From positions 344,038,001 to 344,102,000 of the forward strand of contig OZ024742.1 of NCBI GenBank assembly GCA_964016885.1: a stretch of 64,000 bases of DNA, read 5' to 3'. Below, piece by piece: positions 52,301 to 64,000 of the stretch. This DNA comes from Eledone cirrhosa. Taxonomy: Eukaryota. A program made the translations under genes and the position numbers. The notes under the pieces were generated by a model that was not told the DNA's origin, made no database searches, and saw only the letters and a list, made by a program, of their open reading frames with translations. Each line of letters starts with the position of its first letter. Position 1 is the first letter of the stretch.

Positions 52301-55300
52301 CAACTCACAGTTTTAAGGACATCTGAACTGTTGGTAGTGTATCCTACAATATATACCCAGCTCACAGTTTTAAGGACATATGAACTGTTGGTAGTGTATC
52401 CTACAATATATACCCAGCTCACAGTATTAAGGACATATGAACTGTTGGTAGTGTATCCTACAATATATACCCAGCTCACAGTTTTAAGGACATATGAACT
52501 GTTGGTAGTGTATCCTACAATATATACCCAGCTCACAGTTTTAAGGACATATGAATTGTTGGTAGAGTATCCTACAATATATACCCAGCTCACAGTTTTA
52601 AGGACATCTGAACTGTTGGTAGTTTATCCTACAATATATACCCAGCTCACAGTATTAAGGACATATGAACTGTTGGTAGTGTATCCTACAATATATACCC
52701 AGCTCACAGTTTTAAGGACATATGAACTGTTGGTAGTGTATCCTACAATATATACCCAGCTCACAGTTTTAAGGACATATGAATTGTTGGTAGAGTATCC
52801 TACAATATATACCCAGCTCACAGTTTTAAGGACATCTGAACTGTTGGTAGTTTATCCTACAATATATACCCAGCTCACAGTATTAAGGACATCTGAACTG
52901 TTGGTAGTGTATCCTACAATATATACCCAGCTCACAGTATTAAGGGCATATGAACTGTTGGTAGTGTATCCTACAATATATACCCAGCTCACAGTATTAA
53001 GGACATATGAACTGTTGGTAGTGTATCCTACAATATATACCCAGCTCACAGTATTAAGGACATATGAACTGTTGGTAGTGTATCCTACAATATATACCCA
53101 GCTCACAGTTTTAAGGACATATGAACTGTTGGTAGTGTATCCTACAATATATACCAAGCTCACAGATTTAAGGACATATAAATTGTTTGGTAGTGTATCC
53201 TACAATATATACCCAGCTCACAGTTTTAAGGACATATGAACTGTTGGTAGTGTATCCTACAATATATACCCAGCTCACAGTATTAAGGACATATATACTG
53301 TTGGTAGTGTATCCTACAATATATACTCAGCTCACAGTTTTAAGGACATATATACTGTTGGTAGTGTATCCTACAATATATACTCAGCTCACAGTTTTAA
53401 GGACATATGAACTGTTGGTAGTGTATCCTACAATATATACCCAACTCCCAGTTTTAAGGACATATGAACTGTTGGTAGTGTATCCTACAATATATACCCA
53501 ACTCACAGTTTTAAGGACATATGAACTGTTGGTAGTGTATCCTACAATATATACCCAGCTCACAGTATTAAGGACATATGAACTGTTGGTAGTGTATCCT
53601 ACAATATATACCCAGCTCACAGTATTAAGGACATATGAACTGTTGGTAGTGTATCCTACAATATATACCCAGCTCACAGTTTTAAGGACATATGAACTGT
53701 TGGGAGTGTATCCTACAATATATACCCAGCTCACAGTATTAAGGACATATGAACTGTTGGGAGTGTATCCTACAATATATACTCAGCTCACAGTATTAAG
53801 GACATATGAACTGTTGGTAGTGTATCCTACAATATATACCCAACTCACAGTTTTAAGGACATATGAACTGTTGGTAGTGTATCCTACAATATATACCCAG
53901 CTCACAGTTTTAAGGACATATGAACTGTTGGTAGTGTATCCTAAAATATATACCCAGCTCACAGTTTTAAGGACATATAAACTGTTGGTAGTGTATCCTA
54001 CAATATATACCCAGCTCACAGTTTTAAGGACATATAAACTGTTGGTAGTGTATCCTACAATATATACCCAGCTCACAGTATTAAGGACATATGAACTGTT
54101 GGTAGTGTATCCTACAATATATACCCAGCTCACAGTATTAAGGACATATAAACTGTTGGTAGTGTATCCTACAATATATACCCAGCTCACAGTTTTAAGG
54201 ACATATAAACTGTTGGTAGTGTATCCTACAATATATACCCAGCTCACAGTTTTAAGGACATATAAACTGTTGGTAGTGTATCCTACAATATATACCCAGC
54301 TCACAGTATTAAGGACATATGAACTGTTGGTAGTGTATCCTAAAATATATACCCAGCTCACAGTTTTAAGGACATATAAACTGTTGGTAGTGTATCCTAC
54401 AATATATACCCAGCTCACAGTATTAAGGACATATGAACTGTTGGTAGTGTATCCTACAATATATACCCAGCTCACAGTATTAAGGACATATGAACTGTTG
54501 GTAGTGTATCCTACAATATATACCCAGCTCACAGTTTTAAGGACATATGAACTGTTGGTAGTGTATCCTACAATATATACCCAGCTCACAGTTTTAAGGA
54601 CATATGAATTGTTGGTAGAGTATCCTACAATATATACCCAGCTCACAGTTTTAAGGACATCTGAACTGTTGGTAGTTTATCCTACAATATATACCCAGCT
54701 CACAGTATTAAGGACATATGAACTGTTGGTAGTGTATCCTACAATATATACCCAGCTCACAGTTTTAAGGACATATGAACTGTTGGTAGTGTATCCTACA
54801 ATATATACCCAGCTCACAGTTTTAAGGACATATGAATTGTTGGTAGAGTATCCTACAATATATACCCAGCTCACAGTTTTAAGGACATCTGAACTGTTGG
54901 TAGTTTATCCTACAATATATACCCAGCTCACAGTATTAAGGACATATGAACTGTTGGTAGTGTATCCTACAATATATACCCAGCTCACAGTATTAAGGAC
55001 ATATGAACTGTTGGTAGTGTATCCTACAATATATACCCAACTCACAGTTTTAAGGACATATGAACTGTTGGTAGTGTATCCTACAATATATACCCACCTC
55101 ACAGTTTTAAGGACATATGAACTGTTGGTAGTGTATCCTACAATATATACCCAACTCACAGTTTTAAGGACATCTGAACTGTTGGTAGTGTATCCTACAA
55201 TATATACCCAGCTCACAGTTTTAAGGACATATGAACTGTTGGTAGTGTATCCTACAATATATACCCAGCTCACAGTATTAAGGACATATGAACTGTTGGT

Positions 55301-55900
55301 AGTGTATCCTACAATATATACCCAGCTCACAGTTTTAAGGACATATGAACTGTTGGTAGTGTATCCTACAATATATACCCAGCTCACAGTTTTAAGGACA
55401 TATGAATTGTTGGTAGAGTATCCTACAATATATACCCAGCTCACAGTTTTAAGGACATCTGAACTGTTGGTAGTTTATCCTACAATATATACCCAGCTCA
55501 CAGTATTAAGGACATATGAACTGTTGGTAGTGTATCCTACAATATATACCCAGCTCACAGTTTTAAGGACATATGAACTGTTGGTAGTGTATCCTACAAT
55601 ATATACCCAGCTCACAGTTTTAAGGACATATGAATTGTTGGTAGAGTATCCTACAATATATACCCAGCTCACAGTTTTAAGGACATCTGAACTGTTGGTA
55701 GTTTATCCTACAATATATACCCAGCTCACAGTATTAAGGACATATGAACTGTTGGTAGTGTATCCTACAATATATACCCAGCTCACAGTTTTAAGGACAT
55801 CTGAACTGTTGGTAGTGTATCCTACAATATATACCCAGCTCACAGTATTAAGGGCATATGAACTGTTGGTAGTGTATCCTACAATATATACCCAGCTCAC
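25370..55900 (+). repeat. large tandem duplication within satellite, period 14879 bp shifting to 15620 bp
   Basis: ORF-track offsets of 14879 (25564/40443, 26222/41101, 29357/44236, 33006/47885, 34716/49595) then 15620 (37567/53187, 38163/53783, 39855/55475). 14879 = 261x57+2; 15620 = 274x57+2. Confidence 0.93.
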
Positions 55901-58900
55901 AGTATTAAGGACATATGAACTGTTGGTAGTGTATCCTACAATATATACCCAGCTCACAGTATTAAGGACATATGAACTGTTGGTAGTGTATCCTACAATA
56001 TATACCCAGCTCACAGTTTTAAGGACATATGAACTGTTGGTAGTGTATCCTACAATATATACCAAGCTCACAGATTTAAGGACATATAAATTGTTTGGTA
56101 GTGTATCCTACAATATATACCCAGCTCACAGTTTTAAGGACATATGAACTGTTGGTAGTGTATCCTACAATATATACCCAGCTCACAGTATTAAGGACAT
56201 ATATACTGTTGGTAGTGTATCCTACAATATATACTCAGCTCACAGTTTTAAGGACATATATACTGTTGGTAGTGTATCCTACAATATATACTCAGCTCAC
56301 AGTTTTAAGGACATATGAACTGTTGGTAGTGTATCCTACAATATATACCCAACTCCCAGTTTTAAGGACATATGAACTGTTGGTAGTGTATCCTACAATA
56401 TATACCCAACTCACAGTTTTAAGGACATATGAACTGTTGGTAGTGTATCCTACAATATATACCCAGCTCACAGTATTAAGGACATATGAACTGTTGGTAG
56501 TGTATCCTACAATATATACCCAGCTCACAGTATTAAGGACATCTGAACTGTTGGTAGTGTATCCTACAATATATACCCAGCTCACAGTTTTAAGGACATA
56601 TGAACTGTTGGGAGTGTATCCTACAATATATACCCAGCTCACAGTATTAAGGACATATGAACTGTTGGGAGTGTATCCTACAATATATACTCAGCTCACA
56701 GTATTAAGGACATATGAACTGTTGGTAGTGTATCCTACAATATATACCCAACTCACAGTTTTAAGGACATATGAACTGTTGGTAGTGTATCCTACAATAT
56801 ATACCCAGCTCACAGTTTTAAGGACATATGAACTGTTGGTAGTGTATCCTAAAATATATACCCAGCTCACAGTTTTAAGGACATATAAACTGTTGGTAGT
56901 GTATCCTACAATATATACCCAGCTCACAGTTTTAAGGACATATAAACTGTTGGTAGTGTATCCTACAATATATACCCAGCTCACAGTATTAAGGACATAT
57001 GAACTGTTGGTAGTGTATCCTACAATATATACCCAGCTCACAGTATTAAGGACATATAAACTGTTGGTAGTGTATCCTACAATATATACCCAGCTCACAG
57101 TTTTAAGGACATATAAACTGTTGGTAGTGTATCCTACAATATATACCCAGCTCACAGTTTTAAGGACATATAAACTGTTGGTAGTGTATCCTACAATATA
57201 TACCCAGCTCACAGTATTAAGGACATATGAACTGTTGGTAGTGTATCCTAAAATATATACCCAGCTCACAGTTTTAAGGACATATAAACTGTTGGTAGTG
57301 TATCCTACAATATATACCCAGCTCACAGTATTAAGGACATATGAACTGTTGGTAGTGTATCCTACAATATATACCCAGCTCACAGTATTAAGGACATATG
57401 AACTGTTGGTAGTGTATCCTACAATATATACCCAGCTCACAGTTTTAAGGACATATGAACTGTTGGTAGTGTATCCTACAATATATACCAAGCTCACAGA
57501 TTTAAGGACATATAAATTGTTTGGTAGTGTATCCTACAATATATACCCAGCTCACAGTTTTAAGGACATATGAACTGTTGGTAGTGTATCCTACAATATA
57601 TACCCAGCTCACAGTATTAAGGACATATATACTGTTGGTAGTGTATCCTACAATATATACTCAGCTCACAGTTTTAAGGACATATAAACTGTTGGTAGTG
57701 TATCCTTCAATATATACCCAGCTCACAGTTTTAAGGACATATAAACTGTTGGTAGTGTATCCTACAATATATACCCAGCTCACAGTATTAAGGACATCTG
57801 AACTGTTGGTAGTGTATCCTACAATATATACCCAGTTCACAGTTTTAAGGACATATGAACTGTTGGGAGTGTATCCTACAATATATACCCAGCTCACAGT
57901 ATTAAGGACATATGAACTGTTGGGAGTGTATCCTACAATATATACTCAGCTCACAGTATTAAGGACATATGAACTGTTGGTAGTGTATCCTACAATATAT
58001 ACCCAACTCACAGTTTTAAGGACATATGAACTGTTGGTAGTGTATCCTACAATATATACCCAGCTCACAGTTTTAAGGACATATGAACTGTTGGTAGTGT
58101 ATCCTAAAATATATACCCAGCTCACAGTTTTAAGGACATATAAACTGTTGGTAGTGTATCCTACAATATATACCCAGCTCACAGTTTTAAGGACATATAA
58201 ACTGTTGGTAGTGTATCCTACAATATATACCCAGCTCACAGTATTAAGGACATATGAACTGTTGGTAGTGTATCCTACAATATATACCCAGCTCACAGTT
58301 TTAAGGACATATAAACTGTTGGTAGTGTATCCTTCAATATATACCCAGCTCACAGTTTTAAGGACATATAAACTGTTGGTAGTGTATCCTACAATATATA
58401 CCCAGCTCACAGTATTAAGGACATATGAACTGTTGGTAGTGTATCCTAAAATATATACCCAGCTCACAGTTTTAAGGACATATAAACTGTTGGTAGTGTA
58501 TCCTACAATATATACCCAGCTCACAGTATTAAGGACATATGAACTGTTGGTAGTGTATCCTACAATATATACCCAGCTCACAGTATTAAGGACATATGAA
58601 CTGTTGGTAGTGTATCCTACAATATATACCCAGCTCACAGTTTTAAGGACATCTGAACTGTTGGTAGTGTATCCTACAATATATACCCAGCTCACAGTTT
58701 TAAGGACATATGAACTGTTGGTAGTGTATCCTACAATATATACCCAGCTCACAGTATTAAGGACATATGAACTGTTGGTAGTGTATCCTACAATATATAC
58801 CCAGCTCACAGTTTTATGGACATATGAACTGTTGGTAGTGTATCCTACAATATATACCCAGCTCACAGTATTAAGGGCATATAAACTGTTGGTAGTGTAT

Positions 58901-61900
58901 CCTACAATATATACCCAGCTCACAGTATTAAGGACATATGAACTGTTGGTAGTGTATCCTACAATATATACCCACCTCACAGTATTAAGGACATATGAAC
59001 TGTTGGTAGTGTATCCTACAATATATACCCACCTCACAGTATTAAGGACATCTGAACTGTTGGTAGTGTATCCTACAATATATACCCAGCTCACAGTTTT
59101 AAGGACATATGAACTGTTGGTAGTGTATCCTACAATATATACCCAGCTCACAGTTTTAAGGACATATGAACTGTTGGTAGTGTATCCTACAATATATACC
59201 CACCTCACAGTATTAAGGACATATGAACTGTTGGTAGTGTATCCTACAATATATACCCACCTCACAGTATTAAGGACATCTGAACTGTTGGTAGTGTATC
59301 CTACAATATATACCCAGCTCACAGTTTTAAGGACATATGAACTGTTGGTAGTGTATCCTACAATATATACCCACCTCACAGTATTAAGGACATATGAACT
59401 GTTGGTAGTGTATCCTACAATATATACCCACCTCACAGTATTAAGGACATATAAACTGTTGGTAGTGTATCCTATAATATATACCCAGCTCACAGTTTTA
59501 AGGACATATGAACTGTTGGTAGTGTATCCTACAATATATACCCAGCTCACAGTTTTAAGGACATATGAACTGTTGGTAGTGTATCCTACAATATATACCC
59601 AGCTCACAGTTTTAAGGACATATGAACTGTTGGTAGTGTATCCTACAATATATACCCAGCTAACAGTTTTAAGGACATATGAACTGTTGGTAGTGTATCC
59701 TACAATATATACCCAGCTCACAGTTTTAAGGACATATGAACTGTTGGTAGTGTATCCTACAATATATACCCAGCTCACAGTTTTAAGGACATATGAACTG
59801 TTGGTAGTGTATCCTACAATATATACCCAGCTCACAGTTTTAAGGACATATGAACTGTTGGTAGTGTATCCTACAATATATACACAACTCACAGTTTTAA
59901 GGACATATGAACTGTTGGTAGTGTATCCTACAATATATACCCAGCTCACAGTATTAAGGACATATGAACTGTTGGTAGTGTATCCTACAATATATACCCA
60001 CCTCACAGTTTTAAGGACATATATACTGTTGGTAGTGTATCCTACAATATATACCCAGCTCACAGTATTAAGGACATATGAACTGTTGGTAGTGTATCCT
60101 ACAATATATACACAACTCACAGTTTTAAGGACATATGAACTGTTGGTAGTGTATCCTACAATATATACCCACCTCACAGTTTTAAGGACATATGAACTGT
60201 TGGTAGTGTATCCTACAATATATACCCAACTCACAGTTTTAAGGACATCTGAACTGTTGGTAGTGTATCCTACAATATATACCCAGCTCACAGTTTTAAG
60301 GACATATGAACTGTTGGTAGTGTATCCTACAATATATACCCAGCTCACAGTATTAAGGACATATGAACTGTTGGTAGTGTATCCTACAATATATACCCAG
60401 CTCACAGTTTTAAGGACATATGAACTGTTGGTAGTGTATCCTACAATATATACCCAGCTCACAGTTTTAAGGACATATGAATTGTTGGTAGAGTATCCTA
60501 CAATATATACCCAGCTCACAGTTTTAAGGACATCTGAACTGTTGGTAGTTTATCCTACAATATATACCCAGCTCACAGTATTAAGGACATATGAACTGTT
60601 GGTAGTGTATCCTACAATATATACCCAGCTCACAGTTTTAAGGACATCTGAACTGTTGGTAGTGTATCCTACAATATATACCCAGCTCACAGTATTAAGG
60701 ACATATGAACTGTTGGTAGTGTATCCTACAATATATACTCAGCTCACAGTATTAAGGACATATGAACTGTTGGTTGTGTATCCTACAATATATACCCAGC
60801 TCACAGTTTTAAGGACATATGAACTATTGGTAGTGTATCCTACAATATATACCCAGCTCACAGTTTTAAGGACATATGAACTGTTGGTAGTGTATCCTAC
60901 AATATATACCCAGCTCACAGTATTAAGGACATATGAACTGTTGGTAGTGTATCCTATAATATATACCCAGCTCACAGTTTTAAGGACATCTGAACTGTTG
61001 GTAGTGTATCCTACAATATATACCCAGCTCACAGTATTAAGGACATATGAACTGTTGGTAGTGTATCTACAATATATACCCAGCTTACAGTTTTAAGGAC
61101 ATATGAACTGTTGGTAGTGTATCCTACAATATATACCCAGCTCACAGTTTTAAGGACATATTAACTGTTGGTAGTGTATCCTACAATATATACCCAGCTC
61201 ACAGTTTTAAGGACATATGAACTGTTGGTGGTGTATCCTACAATATATACCCAGCTCACAGTTTTAAGGACATATGAACTGTTGGTAGTGTATCCTACAA
61301 TATATACCCAGCTCCCAGTTTTAAGGACATATAAATTGTTGGTAGTGTATCCTACAATATATACCCAGCTCACAGTATTAAGGACATATGAACTGTTGGT
61401 AGTGTATCCTACAATATATACCCAGCTCACAGTATTAAGGACATATGATCTGTTGGTAGTGTACCCTACAATATATACCCAGCTCACAGTTTTAAGGACA
61501 TATGAACTGTTGGTAGTGTATCCTACAATATATACCCAGCTCACAGTTTTAAGGACATATGAACTGTTGGTAGTGTATCCTACAATATATACCCACCTCA
61601 CAGTATTAAGGACATATGAACTGTTGGTAGTGTATCCTACAATATATACCCACCTCACAGTATTAAGGACATCTGAACTGTTGGTAGTGTATCCTACAAT
61701 ATATACCCAGCTCACAGTTTTAAGGACATATGAACTGTTGGTAGTGTATCCTACAATATATACCCAGCTCACAGTTTTAAGGACATATATACTGTTGGTA
61801 GTGTATCCTACAATATATACTCAGCTCACAGTTTTAAGGACATATGAACTGTTGGTAGTGTATCCTACAATATATACCCAACTCACAGTTTTAAGGACAT

Positions 61901-64000
61901 ATGAACTGTTGGTAGTGTATCCTACAATATATACCCAGCTCACAGTATTAAGGACATATGAACTGTTGGTAGTGTATCCTACAATATATACCCAGCTCAC
62001 AGTATTAAGGACATCTGAACTGTTGGTAGTGTATCCTACAATATATACCCAGCTCACAGTTTTAAGGACATATGAACTGTTGGGAGTGTATCCTACAATA
62101 TATACCCAGCTCACAGTATTAAGGACATATGAACTGTTGGGAGTGTATCCTACAATATATACTCAGCTCACAGTATTAAGGACATATGAACTGTTGGTAG
62201 TGTATCCTACAATATATACCCACCTCACAGTATTAAGGACATATGAACTGTTGGTAGTGTATCCTACAATATATACCCACCTCACAGTATTAAGGACATC
62301 TGAACTGTTGGTAGTGTATCCTACAATATATACCCAGCTCACAGTTTTAAGGACATATGAACTGTTGGTAGTGTATCCTAAAATATATACCCAGCTCACA
62401 GTTTTAAGGACATATAAACTGTTGGTAGTGTATCCTACAATATATACCCAGCTCACAGTTTTAAGGACATATAAACTGTTGGTAGTGTATCCTACAATAT
62501 ATACCCAGCTCACAGTATTAAGGACATATGAACTGTTGGTAGTGTATCCTACAATATATACCCAGCTCACAGTATTAAGGACATATAAACTGTTGGTAGT
62601 GTATCCTACAATATATACCCAGCTCACAGTTTTAAGGACATATAAACTGTTGGTAGTGTATCCTTCAATATATACCCAGCTCACAGTTTTAAGGACATAT
62701 AAACTGTTGGTAGTGTATCCTACAATATATACCCAGCTCACAGTATTAAGGACATATGAACTGTTGGTAGTGTATCCTAAAATATATACCCAGCTCACAG
62801 TTTTAAGGACATATAAACTGTTGGTAGTGTATCCTACAATATATACCCAGCTCACAGTATTAAGGACATATGAACTGTTGGTAGTGTATCCTACAATATA
62901 TACCCAGCTCACAGTATTAAGGACATATGAACTGTTGGTAGTGTATCCTACAATATATACCCAGCTCACAGTTTTAAGGACATCTGAACTGTTGGTAGTG
63001 TATCCTACAATATATACCCAGCTCACAGTTTTAAGGACATATGAACTGTTGGTAGTGTATCCTACAATATATACCCAGCTCACAGTATTAAGGACATATG
63101 AACTGTTGGTAGTGTATCCTACAATATATACCCAGCTCACAGTTTTATGGACATATGAACTGTTGGTAGTGTATCCTACAATATATACCCAGCTCACAGT
63201 ATTAAGGGCATATAAACTGTTGGTAGTGTATCCTACAATATATACCCAGCTCACAGTATTAAGGACATATGAACTGTTGGTAGTGTATCCTACAATATAT
63301 ACCCACCTCACAGTATTAAGGACATATGAACTGTTGGTAGTGTATCCTACAATATATACCCACCTCACAGTATTAAGGACATCTGAACTGTTGGTAGTGT
63401 ATCCTACAATATATACCCAGCTCACAGTTTTAAGGACATATGAACTGTTGGTAGTGTATCCTACAATATATACCCAGCTCACAGTTTTAAGGACATATGA
63501 ACTGTTGGTAGTGTATCCTACAATATATACCCACCTCACAGTATTAAGGACATATGAACTGTTGGTAGTGTATCCTACAATATATACCCACCTCACAGTA
63601 TTAAGGACATCTGAACTGTTGGTAGTGTATCCTACAATATATACCCAGCTCACAGTTTTAAGGACATATGAACTGTTGGTAGTGTATCCTACAATATATA
63701 CCCACCTCACAGTATTAAGGACATATGAACTGTTGGTAGTGTATCCTACAATATATACCCACCTCACAGTATTAAGGACATATAAACTGTTGGTAGTGTA
63801 TCCTATAATATATACCCAGCTCACAGTTTTAAGGACATATGAACTGTTGGTAGTGTATCCTACAATATATACCCAGCTCACAGTTTTAAAGACATATGAA
63901 CTGTTGGTAGTGTATCCTACAATATATACCCAGCTCACAGTTTTAAGGACATATGAACTGTTGGTAGTGTATCCTACAATATATACCCAGCTCACAGTTT

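Larger units (their letters stand above)
5165..64000 (+). repeat. 57-bp satellite DNA array, ~1030 head-to-tail monomers, runs off the window end
   Basis: Consensus ACTGTTGGTAGTGTATCCTACAATATATACCCAGCTCACAGT(T/A)TTAAGGACATATGA. Monomers typically 0-3 substitutions from consensus; single orientation; no insertion or inversion seen. Rare 56-bp (~9479, 14209, 22934, 61067) and 58-bp (~33005, 37566, 47884, 53186, 56094, 57520) monomers. Confidence 0.99.

Noticed and set aside
5192-63995. Giant ORFs (up to 1641 aa) on both strands as protein-coding genes
   Set aside because: Pure translations of a 57-bp stop-free monomer, non-ATG starts, near-identical DNA at all codon positions, broken by amplified stops and frameshifts.
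5165-64000. CRISPR-like array or repeat-spacer system
   Set aside because: Monomers are contiguous with no unique spacers, no cas or other genes, and the context is eukaryotic.

Overview
Eukaryotic, gene-free window, probably octopus/cephalopod (inferred from recognising the tRNA-derived SINE families, not from a search). Bases 1-5100 are an AT-rich mosaic of transposon relics: (TA)n microsatellites, four SINE copies (two of them head-to-head), a TA-flanked mariner-type MITE with internal ~133-bp tandem repeats, and Penelope-like retroelement (PLE) fragments. The PLE fragments carry a GIY-YIG C-terminal remnant and two type I hammerhead ribozyme motifs on opposite strands that converge on one (TA)n tract. 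From ~5.1 kb to the window end is one uninterrupted head-to-tail 57-bp satellite array (~1030 monomers). Its variants record nested tandem duplications (228 bp, 798 bp, 1.2-2.4 kb, 4730 bp, 5359 bp, ~14.9-15.6 kb) and a layered organisation. All long ORFs in the track are translations of the satellite, not genes.
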